Assembly (NCBI GenBank): GCA_964036045.1
Contig: OZ038379.1
Coordinates: 17,670,001-17,734,000, forward strand
Direction of reading: 5' to 3'
Origin: Eutreptiella sp. 'Long Island Sound 2002'
Lineage: Eukaryota > Protista > Euglenida
Length of the DNA stretch: 64,000 nucleotides
Part shown: piece by piece, positions 48,571-59,183 of the stretch
Layout of the letters: each line of letters starts with the position of its first letter
Numbering within the stretch: position 1 is the stretch's first letter
Position numbers and translations under genes: made by a program
The notes under the pieces: generated by a model
What the model was told of the DNA's origin: nothing
The model's input: only the letters and a program-made list of their open reading frames with translations
Database searches by the model: none

Positions 48571-51209
48571 CCTCCCTCCCTCTCTCGCTCGCTCAGTGAC
48601 TCGCCGATTGTCATACATGACAATGCCCCCTCGCTTGTGGCTCCCCCCCCCCCCGACCAGTTCCACTGGGGTTTCCATGGGCCTTGAGCTGTCCCTCAGA
48701 GGCCTCTACGGTTTCTCTTGCTGACTCTGCGTGCTTCAATTCGCTGCACATTTTCTCTTTCCGACCCACAGAACATTCTGGAGAATTTAATGGCCCTGAC
48801 ATCAGAGTTTGGCGACGCAGGGATTGTCAGTGCCAAGACGTTGTCGGATTTTCACTCCCCGACCTTCGATACCCGGATAGACCGGGTGTATGCTTTGGTG
48901 CTGGTGGGGCTGCGCCCCAGTCAGGTGTGTGCGGCTGGGGTTGTTTTTCCTGGTGGACACGTGTGCACTGCAGGGCAAAAAATGGATTCCCCCCCATTCG
49001 CCGTTGCTGCTACCACGCAGCCACCCCCACCCCCTCATCCTGCACTATGCTCCAGTGGCCCTCTTCCCCTTCTTCTTTCCTATGTTTCATAAGCCGTACA
49101 TCATATATCTCCCCCTGAGCTCTGAAGGAAACTGCCCCAAACCCGGATGTGCAAGCAGCAGATGTGTGATCGGGCTTCAGCTGTTTCAATGGCCATTCAT
49201 GAAACCTGGTTCCAGAGTTGCAGGCCCGACTGCGCTTGAGAAACGGTTGGTGATGGCCATTGGCTGGTAGCAGCGCAGCCGGAAGCGGTACGCATGCGTT
49301 GCAAAGAGGATGACTCACGGCTGATGGCGGAAGTCATCGGCAGTTGGCAAAAGGGTCCTATTTCAGAAGAAAGGGTTGTCCCTCAGGATGATGACCCCAC
49401 ACCCCCCTCTTAAGGACAGGTATTATGGACGGCACCCCGTTGGGGGATACCCGACGGTGGCTGGCGCGGAGCCGAAGGCGATCAGAGGGTAACCGACAGC
49501 GGTTGGAGAGTAGCCGTGAGCATTCTATTTTGTCAGTGTGACAGAGGGATCCCCCCCCCTTTTTTACGGACGGCCCCGACAATGTTTTGTTCCCAAAAAG
49601 TTTGCTAAGCTTTCTCTCCTTCCAAAGTTGCTCGTTCCTGTTGTGCGAGAATGTTGGCTGTCGGGCGATCTTGTACGTCTCTTTGAGAAGTGGGGAGGGG
49701 ATTGAATGGGTGAGATCAGGAGCGGAGTGCATCCCTCCGTGAGCAGCCTTTGTTTCTAGGGACGAAATTGGGCGTCATTATTGCTGGACACCTGCGAACC
49801 TCGACCCAGTTTCGCCCGCTCCCAGCTTCCACCTCTGAAGATATTCCGTCCTCCGGATCTTTGGCATGTCCTTAGGAGCTGGTTGGCATGGAAAGGCGCT
49901 TCGGGACTAATTTCTGTTGCAAACGGTTGTAGTGCTCTCGGTTGCAAACGGCTGCCCGGGCCCCAACGGGAGTGCAGTTGGGGTCCGGGCAGCCGCGGGG
50001 CCGTTGGTCTACTTCTCTGGCAGTCGTCTTCCTTCCCCTTTCAAGCGCAGCGAGTTTGGAGACACCGTCGGAAAAGCAGGACAGAGCTGTGCCCCTTCGT
50101 CCCTCGCAGGATCGCGAAGGCCTCAAGCAGCTGCACGATTTCCTCAGCCTTGCGAAGGCCCGCCGGATGACTGACGGATCGCTCGGCCATTCCCACTGCG
50201 TGCCCACCGTCGACTCCATCACAAACACGTGGAGGTGTTTGGAGACCATGCGGTTCGTGGCGATCCACTTCGATTCGTTCTGTGGGGATCTGTGCAGCAG
50301 CAGCGATTGCCCGCCCGACACCGTCCCAGGGGATTGCGCTGCCTGTGCAGGCACCAGTCCCTTCGACACGTGTTGGTGCGCGTGTCCGCATATCCAGGTA
50401 TCCTGCGGCCACCGGGGGTTGCTCCTCGCTCCGGGTCGACGACCCCCTCCCCCTCCCTCCACACCTTCGCACTGCGTCGGGCACAGCACCCTCCCCCCAA
50501 GCCGCTGGTTTTTGCACGTGATTTTGTTTCACACAGCAACACACACACACACGAGTATGTCGTCAGTGTTGTCTCAGTCAGGTATGTGTTTGAGGCTCAA
50601 CCAGGTCGGATGTGGAGAAGAAAGCTGCACTCATGTCCGACTGCCGAGTGCATTGCCTCAATATGCAAGTTTCTGCATTTGTTGTTGTTTTTGTTTGCAT
50701 TCCTTTCACATCCAAGTCTCCAATCAAATTAGGTCTCGTTCTCCATGGCCTTTGGCCACACTTTACCAAAGGTCACCAGGCTTGGCCGAGCCGGGGCCTG
50801 ACGTGACCATCGGCCCCAAAGGCGCTCGAAAGAAGGGTTTGTGTCCGGGGTGACCCACCACAGGAATGCCGAGGAAATCTGGTGCTGAGTGCTGAGCCCA
50901 CTGGGGAGTGTGGGGCAGCATCCCGGGCAACACTTTGTTCAAACACTGGACCAACTGTCTGATGAGCGGATGACCACCACACGACCACCGGAAAGGTCCC
51001 CAAGCCTGACCCCTGGGTAAATTGCCGGCTGCGAGCCTTTCCTTCCTCTGGAGCCTGCCGCATGTTTGGTTTCGTGCAGTGCCCCTTGAGGGCCTAGTTT
51101 TGGGAGGGAGACGAGCGCAATGCACACCGGTTGGTCTTGGAGGGGGCATGGTGGTGGACGATTGCCGCGGCAGGACTGCGGGGGGCAGTGCTGGCTGGTT
51201 TACAACCGC

Positions 51210-51244
<35 letters not shown>

Positions 51245-54200
51245 TTCTAAATTTGGGGATTGATGTGGAGTGAGTGTATGCGCGCCCGATGGGAATATAG
51301 GGCAAGTGGACGCGCCAGGGTGGTGGGCCGATAGCGGACCCTCCTCTTGTTCCGATGCCCACCACTGTGTAGATCTTGGAGTCCGTAAATATGGGAGGGT
51401 ACCGTCGATTGCCAAACGGGGTCGTGACAGTACCAGCGGTACCAGTGCTACAAGACCCAGAGTACACCGGAGCGTGGGACATGGAGCCCGACGCTTATGG
51501 GCAGACGATGGTGTTCCACGTGGATCCTGCATCGCATGTGAATACGGAATTCTACAAGATCCAGTTGGTTTGGAAGGAGGCGAGCACACTGGACGGCTAT
51601 GTCACTTTCACCGACAAGTTCCGGACTGTGTTCTCCCGAGGCACCCCGAACAATATTCCGGTATCGGAATTGGTTGCGGGCGAGCTCTATCGGTTCGCCG
51701 TGTCTGGTGTGAACGACATCGGTGAAGGGACGCCCACGGAGCTTTTTGCACCGTTTCAAGTTGGACATCCCATGGCGACCATCATCCACACCGCGTTCTA
51801 CGGTGGTGAGGCCTTCAATGCGTCATCCAATGCGACCAACACCTCCGCCCCAGCTCCGGAGCGCCCCCCTGTTCCCGACGGCAACGTCCTTCCTCGCTGG
51901 ATGGAGTCCCAAGTGCAGGTGAAATGCGCACCCCACATTAATCCTCTGAATACCAAGCCTCCTCAACACTCACGAACCCGCCAAAACCCTCCCTCAGGGC
52001 AACCTATGGTACAACTTACGGGGCGACATACGGGGCCACCATGGGGCGACCTACGGGGCGACCAATGGGGCAGGCTACTGGGCGACCAACTGGGCGACCT
52101 ACCAGGTGACCTGCGGGGCAACCTGCGGGGCGGCCTACGTGGGGTTTGCCACATAGGTTGCCACAGAGATGCACCCCATAGGTTGCCTGGTAGATTGGAC
52201 TGGTAGGTTTGCCCCGTAGGTCGCCCCGTCGTAACTTGCCTCGCAGGACGCTCCGTAGGTTGTCTCGCAGGACGCCGCGTACGTTGCCCCATAACTCGCC
52301 TCTGAGTCGCCCCATACGTCGTCCCGTATGTCGCCCTGTAAGTATGTAGGCGACCCCATAGGTCAGCCTTTGAGTCATCCTGTAGGTTGCCCCGTAGGTT
52401 GCCCGTGAGTCGCCGTGTGGATTGCGCGTTGGGTTGCCCCGTGTTGAGAGCATAGGTTCATGCTGGCGGATTCACTTATGTTACCCACCCGTGACACTAC
52501 GACCCCACTCACACATTAGGCGAGAGACGTCCTAGAAACATGAAAACCAATGGTTTCACCTCTAGATACAATGTGAGAGCAACTGTGGATAGGACAAAGC
52601 TATGCAGGTTGGATCGTGTCCACTTGTTGGACTCTTTCAACCGATTTGTGTGGGGTGCTTACACCGGTTTAGTGGCAAAGGCAGACCATAAAGGGGAGGT
52701 CATGTGTTGTACCCCGCTATTTTTTAATTTGAGGCAACTCAGGTGGAAATGTTCTCTGGAATCATCGGATGATGCGGATATTGTCCAATGGCTGAGTGCT
52801 AACCTGAACTACACAAAGAGAAAGACCAAAGATCAACGGGCCTCCACACACACGCAAGTTTCCAAAGCAGCCAAGCAAATTCAGTTGTTTTCGTTCTTAC
52901 AAGCATCCATGCCCACTCAAGTGGCGCAGCGAGCGCCACAAGCAATGGTTTACATGGATTCCTTGGGTTTCAAGCCCACGACACACGGGGCTGCTTATTC
53001 CACACCCGCTGCTCAATTTGAGCAGGAACTGCAAGAACGAATCAGTTGCTATGGCGACTAGCAACAGGGGTTTGCTAGGGAGGGCATGGATGAGGAAAGT
53101 TCAGATATAAGGAGGAAGCAAGTCACCTGCCCAATGCAGCAGATGCAAGCGAAATCCAAGCTCTCGTGGCTTCGTAAGAGGACAGGACGGGTGGTATCAC
53201 ACCCACATCAGGTGGCAGACGAACTACCCAATCACCGGTCAAGCGTCTCACGAGACAAAAGCAAGCGTGCCAAGTTACATTGCCACACTGTTTTTGCCAC
53301 AAGAAATCAAGAAACTGTCGGCGGCACTCTTGAGACTGGCCTCTTTGGAGGTGGCACAAGAAGCATGCGGCGGCAAAATTGAGACACCACAGTGGGAAAA
53401 ACGGTTTTTCCTTGCAGCACTTTTCTTTGTCTGTTTGATGTCAACGCATACCGGGAAGCACTGTGAACGGGACGATTCTCGAAGGGCTAGAAACAAGTCA
53501 TTGTCATTGTTGACAATATGCGACACTACAGAATTTGAAATCAGCGCTTGGAATAGTAAACACATGTGTAGCAGCATGTGCAAACAAAATGAACTAATTC
53601 AAATTTAGTGGGAACATTTCAGTACGGCCTTGTGAGTTGGCTGTACAGATCCTTGTCTTGCAGCTCAATAGGTGGCATTGTAAGGTACCAATCAGGTGTG
53701 TCCTACACTTAGGCAAATGCTCTAAAGTCACTTGTAGCGTGAAGACGGCTCGGTAGAGATTCACCATACTCCTCTTAGTACAAATAATCCGGACAAAGGC
53801 TATGACATTGCTCTAAAACTGGAAGAGCCATTCAATTTGTTTTCATATACTCTTTGGTAAAAATGTGCTTCAAGGGTAACATCTGCAACATGTAAACAAG
53901 GGGCATGCTTTCTTTTGCATGAACAACACTTCCCCCCGGATGTCCATTTTGGGTGCCCCATAGCCTGCCCCATAGGTATCCCCGTACCCCGCCCCGTAGG
54001 TTGACCCGTAGGTTGCCCTGTAGGTCATCCTGTAGAGCGTCCTGTAGGTCGGCTTGTAGGTTGACCCGTAGGCTGCCCCATAGGTTGCCCCCTAACCTGC
54101 CATGTAGGTTGCCTCATAGGTCCCCTAGTAGCCCGACACAAAGGTGGCAACGCAAGACGCCCCGTAGGTCGCACGGAACCCACCCCATAGCCCCCCCTCC

Positions 54201-57200
54201 CCCCCGGAGGTGGCCATGGGGCAACCTATCGGGCGACCTATAGGGCGAGCTACGGGGCAACCTATGGGGCAAGGTCACCCCATAGGTTGTCCCATATGTT
54301 GCCCCATATGTCGCCCCATGGGTGACCCGAAAGGTGGCCCTGTAGATTGCCCACGGGTTGCCCCATGGGTCACGCATGGGGTGACGTATGTGGCCCTATG
54401 TGGCCAACTATGGGGCGATGTACGGGGCGATGTATGGGGCGATGTATGGGGCGACCGATGAGTCCACCACAAGGCGAGATGAGATCCATTGAAATGGATA
54501 TTTGGCTGATTGATCACCCCGCTCACATGCATCGGCCATCCACCTTCAGCCCTTGTGCCGGGTGCTCTCACGCTTTCTTGATGGACAATGTTGTATTCTA
54601 TATCCTGGTTGTCCTGTGTTCGCCCTTATTCCCTCTGCTTTGCCTCTTATGCGCACAACGACTCTGCACCTCATTTGACTCCCAATTTAGATATTTAGAA
54701 CAGAGTGTGTCATACTCGTCCCATGACGAGGTTGAGTGCGACTGTTGACGCCAACACCAACAATGCGTCCAATAGAACACACACTGACCCGCAACTGCCT
54801 CCGCATTAGATTGTATACATTGACTGACCTATGGTCGGCCTTGACTCCAAACTCTAACGATGTGAATGGATTGGAGCTTTCCACTAGTAGTGGTGTCATA
54901 GCCCGCTTCTCCCCGCTACCACCCCTCTTCCCGCATGGATGCCTCTAGTGGAGCCGCTAGGGCTAGCATGGCTTGTGCCGTCTCAACAATTTGCACATTA
55001 ACGTATGATAAATGTGGTGATTGTTGGCGCAACGAGTGCAACGGATGTTGTGCCCTCCCCTCCTCCACCTCCTTCTCTGCCCCTTCATTGCCCTCCATGT
55101 CAATGTGGGATGGGGCCCATGAAAAGCGCGATAAAGAGTTGTCCCCGCGCATAAGCACTAGTACCTCACTCCAATGCTCAAAATACAAAATTGGGTGGGA
55201 TGTGGTGCCCCAACCTGCCGATTTCAAACCACTCTGTCAACCCCTTGAAAGCCCATTCGGAGTTCATAACCACGAGCAAGTGCTGGGATCGCTTTGTCTC
55301 ATGAGCTGTATGGAGGATTGCTCTCAATTCAGCTCGGCTATTGGGATGGCGCTCTCCAAGTGGCATGTGCAAGGCAAAATATTGCTCATCCCCCTCCCCC
55401 AATAATCCCCCATACCCTGCTTGGTCTGTCCCCTTCACCCGCTTGGATGACCCATCCATAAACACCACATCCTAGAACTTTGATTGCAACGCCTCAATGC
55501 TTACAACGTGGACTCTAGCCGTGCCGATTATTTTGTTTCTTCGGTGCTTGCCAATGTTGAGGCGTTAGCACTGTCAAGGCCTTATGCGCCTTTGGATTAA
55601 ACTAGCCCCCATTTGGTACCCCTTGTTGTTGCCAATGGAGCAAATTGGTAAGTAGCACCGTGATACTACCACGTGGTACTATCATATTAGGTTGGCCACA
55701 CCAGCACTCTAGCTTCAATCGTGCAACGTGATAAAATCACAGCGGTGCCACCAATAATCTAGACATACCATGAAACACCGAGTAGACAGCAACATATCTC
55801 CTAGTGAGTGCACAAACTGTGCTTTTTTGTCTGTGGACATGCCATATGGCATTTGTGGGGATCCAAAATTGTGGTGCAAAGCATTGTGCATGAACTTTGG
55901 ACATGAAACACGACACGTAAACATGATCACACTTCTCCATGCAATCATCAAAAGTACAAAGTTCCATCTTGTCGAGCTTCTACATGCGCCGGGCTCGGGG
56001 GAGCTTGTGGCACAATTGATCGTTGTGAACAATCTTTCTCATGAGACACAACTCGCAACGCTTGCAACTCACCCCATACAAATTCTGATTGCAACACCTC
56101 CGGGCGGTGATCTTGTGCCTTGCCAACAACATCCCTTTGGTGGACTAGGACTCCAACCATGCGCCCATATCACACAGTGTTGGTGTGCACCACTGTGCGG
56201 TCTAGTTTGAACCATAAGCCGTGATGGAAACCTCTTGAGAGTGATACACTGATCGGTGGGTGGGCACAATGGCCACCTCTTTATCTGTGCGCAGGCCATG
56301 TGGGGATAAGAGCCGATGCCACCGGCTCATCCCTACAGAGAGCAAAATGTGTCAAACCACCTGTGCCTCCAAGGGACATGAGGTGCGACACCATAGGAGG
56401 CGGAGGCGCCGGTTGGCCTGCAACCAACTGCAAATACACTCGACACAAAGATGCCAAATCCCATTGTACATTCAGATAGATGGGTGCCCACTGGATCTAG
56501 TGGGGAACCAATGCACATTCCACTCCATACTTACGCGCCCACTCCTCAAACGGCTCCCGCGTCTAGAGCGGCAAAGGCGCTGCTTCCTTGACCTTGGGCT
56601 CTTAAGCGCAGTGCGCACGTAGTGTGCGCGAAGTGCGGCTATTTGGGCGTCTGGGCGTACTAAAGACCCGTGCTGTGTGATACTCTGAGCATCATTATTC
56701 TTTGATGGCAGGTTTTGATGCATCTTCCACATTGGGGATATGGCACTTTCACCGAGTTTCACCCCCTTTCACACATTTTGTGCTCATTTCCACCACATCC
56801 ACTCCTTTTTACGTTGATTTCTCCCCACAATGGGGGCCTTGAGAAGGCAGGGGTTATGTAGCCATATTGACACATATTCCGCCGGTCCCTTCACTGCTCA
56901 TCAAACAGGGATTCCAAAGAAAAATTGAAGAATATGTGGCATGTTAGACATCTTAGGTGCGATGGATGTTAGATGTCTGACATGATATTGTGATATTTTG
57001 TCAGCACACAATTTTCAGGTACAAGGAATTCCAGCACACACAAGTTTCAGTGGAGTAAAACCCATCAAATTTGAATGAAACATTTTCTAGTGAAAAAAAT
57101 GAAAAAAATTCCATGTCAGATTGCAATTTTTACATCCCTCGGCTGGCTACTTTGCACCCCCAAGGCTCGCGTAGTTGGGGTCGCCTAATTTTCGGGGTGT

Positions 57201-58876
57201 TGGGAAGAGGTGTCATGGGAGCTCTTCAGCTCTTCGGGGGGAATCTAGTCTAAAAGTAGCGCACAGTGCACGTACAGTGCAAGGATTCCCCCTTTACAAA
57301 AGTCCGAGAATGGAGCCAAATCGCATATTTGCGTAGTGGAGCCATGGAGACCCCCCTTAGTGGCGCTTCCACTAACTCTGTGGCCAAACACGTGGCTGCA
57401 CCAGACACAACTAGAGGACCCGAAGGCACCTGCAGCCCAGAGTCCACTGATTGGGGGGCTGATGATGAGGTGCTTGAAGAATGGCGGCTGAAGCACGCAC
57501 TGGGGGCGTGCAGAGAGAACATACAAGTCACAATCTGCCCCTTGACCAGCATCAGGGTACTCAACCTATTTTGTGGCTCTACCAAGATACCCCTCCCAGT
57601 CCCCACGGCCCCTGGCCCATGGCCACGGACGGTAATGCACCTGACTATCAAAATTGTCCAGCACGTATACCCTCATGGTGAGGTACACACAGGACACCAC
57701 CCAAGTGTTGAACGCTGGGAGCTTTTGTTCTAGTGAAAAAGGCAATTGTTCAAATACTTTCACCCCTTTTGAGGTGGTGATACCACCTGTGGACCCTAAA
57801 ATTGCACTGCGATCTGTTGTTGCTTTCCGAGTTGATTTCTTTGGGGGAAAGGGGGCTCAGGGGTTTCTGGTCCCGAACGCCCCAACTATTGCTCTCTACT
57901 TGGGTGACCCTCGGTGCAAAAGTGACACCCGAGCGCACTGCAGTGGGAAGGGTGGGGGGTCCTGCATGCGGGCGTTGTGTGCACAGGCACTCCTGCAACA
58001 CATCCTTCTTCATAATCAGAAATCAAGGCGAAAGCTGTCCATACACGTGCCCACAAACCTGGGTGGTGCCTCCACCCGGGGTTTCCCTCCAGATTGAGGC
58101 TCTGTCCAGTATTTAGGGAGGGGCAGTGCAGGGCCAATTAGGGGGGGGGGGGACTCCAGAGTTGGAAGGTTTGTGTTCCCCCCTTTTTTCGCCAATACTT
58201 TTGCCCACACACTTTTTGCCTGCTTCCGAAGCCCCTTCAAAAGTGCAATTCTTGCTGGCTGAGGGTTCCCTTCGCCCCCCTAGTGGTGAAGGCTAACGTG
58301 CTTGTTCCCCTGCCACTCCTTTGTGGTATCTTCGGGTTGGACGCTGTCAACATTCCCCCTGCTGCTGGCCAGGTACGATTGAGTGCTGCAAGCGTGGTGG
58401 AGCTCGGGGGCGTCACCTTGCACAGTGACTTTGTGCCGGCCACCGCAGCGTACATAGGGGTCAGTTTGGCGGCCTCGACCGGGACCATCGTCAGCACGTG
58501 CAGCGTCTACACAGGGGCGCTGTCCAGTGACGACAGCTTCAACACAATGTCTTGTGTGTTCGATGCCGTTCCCTCCGACCAGAACACCCGCGTGCAGCTG
58601 CGGGTCTGGGACGTCCGAAACCTGCTCGTCGGCTTCACGGATGTGGACCTCCTTGCGCCCTCCGAAGAGACATGCGAAGTGTTTGGGGACGCCCCAATTT
58701 ACTGCGAGGCTATCAAAGCGTGTGTTGCTTATCCGGAGTATTGTTACGAGATCCCGGACACTCCGGTGTTTCAGGCGATACTCAAGCCAAACCTCAAGAA
58801 GATCCAGCCGGATCTGGAGCCAGATTTCAAGAACCTTGAGCCTGATCTGAAGGACCTCCCGCTGAAAGCCCCTTGA
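40411..58876 (+). CDS. Gene B (whole model): secreted stonustoxin/neoverrucotoxin-like MACPF/CDC pore-forming protein with FN3 and an unrecognised C-terminal domain, ~894 aa
   Basis: 7 exons with GT-AG introns (phases 2,2,0,0,0,0) sum to 2685 nt = 895 codons including the stop. SNTX-family motifs occur in the expected order across exons 1-5. Confidence 0.8.
41480..41552 (+). pseudogene. tRNA-like sequence (SINE head or tRNA pseudogene) in gene B intron 1
   Basis: GGCGATTG-TA-GCTC-AATGATAA-GAGC...GCGGG-TTCGACT-CCCGC-CAATCACC; good acceptor, D and T stems; anticodon arm CCGAC-ATGCA-GCCGG has a 5-nt loop and a mismatch. Confidence 0.65.
42825..43013 (+). CDS. Gene B exon 2: end of MACPF / start of helical (FAT-like) domain
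   Basis: cttcag|RSLPSKTPNMGKGVPMDLELTPLVWLDSKAAKLQAQISFDTLERLVDIIDKVDESDAEILDLL aa|gtgtgt; resembles the SNTX VPxxVWLxPLxxLDSxAxxL...IS motif. Confidence 0.85.
44009..44231 (+). CDS. Gene B exon 3: helical domain
   Basis: ttgcag|KLQYGPFNAWKLIADAYYNRFWIWRVDYYARIKAGLDEVRSGAVLDEQKLLALEQEYLQAEFSDIMVLMWTEDMQ|gtctcc; resembles SNTX LPxIRxGxxDExxL...SPF...W. Confidence 0.85.
44452..47109 (+). mobile_element. P-element-superfamily DNA transposon (internally deleted), in gene B intron 3
   Basis: 8-bp TSD CGCTCACC (44444-44451 and 47110-47117); ~45-bp imperfect TIRs C(C/A)CGGGGGGGGCGAC...GGACGCCAACTACCCCCCC; subterminal repeats GGGTTATGTAGCCACCTTGCCCAC; ~100-bp internal duplication near 44800 and 44975. 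Confidence 0.8.
45299..46336 (+). pseudogene. Truncated P/THAP9-like transposase (N-terminal part up to the first catalytic Asp)
   Basis: 345-aa ORF with CxxC (CDAC), helical region, LLPSVYHSRSL and ICVHTDEMSIVRKLIAGPNNTLEGVCD, resembling P-type LPS..TL and C.l.fDEm.i...l......d.i.G.vd motifs; similarity is lost soon afterwards. Confidence 0.55.
47220..47308. repeat. (CA)n microsatellite
   Basis: Long CA run. Other microsatellites at ~44315 (GT), 46710 (TA), 48500-48590 (CA/CT), 51210 (GT), 63645 (CT), 20385 and 43520 (GTGTG/CACAC). Confidence 0.95.
48772..48924 (+). CDS. Gene B exon 4: start of thioredoxin-like (THX) domain
   Basis: cacag|NILENLMALTSEFGDAGIVSAKTLSDFHSPTFDTRIDRVYALVLVGLRPSQ|gtgtgt; 153 nt, phase 0-0. 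Confidence 0.75.
50110..50397 (+). CDS. Gene B exon 5: THX-like helix + 10-Cys insertion
   Basis: ctcgcag|DREGLKQLHDFLSLAKARRMTD...FCGDLCSSSDCPPDTVPGDCAACAGTSPFDTCWCACPHIQ|gtatcc; 288 nt. Confidence 0.75.
51373..51918 (+). CDS. Gene B exon 6: fibronectin type III domain + linker
   Basis: gtgtag|ILESVNMGG...TVPAVPVLQ...YKIQLVW...PVSELVAGELYRFAVSGVNDIGEGTPT (FN3 signature L-x-x-G-x-x-Y-x-F-x-V-x-x-x-N-x-x-G-x-G)...ESQVQ|gtgaaa. Confidence 0.85.
52010..52450. repeat. GGGGCGACCTAC 12-13-bp minisatellite in both orientations
   Basis: Direct array 52010-52140 followed by its reverse-complement array 52200-52440; the same family recurs at 53950-54450 on the other side of the L1-like fragment. Confidence 0.75.
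52480..53608 (+). pseudogene. Degenerate L1-like ORF2 fragment (APE C-terminus + linker to RT)
   Basis: CRLDRVHL...ADH (APE-like RLD and SDH motifs), LRWKC..., KRTGRVVSHPHQVADELPNH linker, KSLSLL resembling the RT RPISLL motif; stops and frameshifts present. Confidence 0.45.
53950..54455. repeat. Second block of the GGGGCGACCTAC / CCCGTAGGTCGCCC minisatellite family
   Basis: Mixed-orientation arrays similar to 52010-52450. Confidence 0.7.
54916..56560 (-). pseudogene. Degenerate non-LTR retrotransposon 3' part with RNase H
   Basis: VFMDGSS...GYGG...NSRAELRAIL...VVMNSEWAFKGLTEW and, in a shifted frame, WSEVLVL...FSWAPSHIDMEGNEGAE (RNase HI motifs); upstream Cys/His zinc-knuckle-like remnants near 55900. 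Confidence 0.7.
58373..58876 (+). CDS. Gene B terminal exon: beta-rich Cys-containing domain + charged tail
   Basis: ggccag|VRLSAASVVELGG...TRVQLRVWDVRN...CEVFGDAPIYCEAIKACVAYPEYCY...QPDLEPDFKNLEPDLKDLPLKAP*; GC-rich codon usage like exons 1, 5 and 6. Confidence 0.7.
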   Translation, partial: VRLSAASVVELGGVTLHSDFVPATAAYIGVSLAASTGTIVSTCSVYTGALSSDDSFNTMSCVFDAVPSDQNTRVQLRVWDVRNLLVGFTDVDLLAPSEETCEVFGDAPIYCEAIKACVAYPEYCYEIPDTPVFQAILKPNLKKIQPDLEPDFKNLEPDLKDLPLKAP

Positions 58877-59183
58877 GGTAGGTTGCGAGGGGTCTGGTCT
58901 TCGCCTCCCCCCCAACCATCCGCAGCAACCAGCTCTATCAGCACTCCCTTCTGCAGAGTGGCGCCTAATGCCATGCCCCAAGGGGCTCATGGACCTTTGA
59001 GTCCCACATTGACGATGGTAACTTCTTACGCTTTGTAAGCCCCAGGCAAGACCCCGGACTCAAGAGTTTGCTGTGAAGCGGTGCCGCACATGTCTGATGC
59101 CTTGAATTTGGGGTCTGACTGTCACGACCCACCCCAGCAATATGCCACCCAAGCACATGCTGTGTTGTATGCCACATGCGGAA

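Noticed and set aside
57654-57900. Additional gene B exon (…FEVVIPPVDPKIALRSVVAFRVDFF…)
   Set aside because: Splice sites are weak, there is no recognisable motif, and exon 6 joins the terminal exon in phase 0 without it. It cannot be fully excluded.
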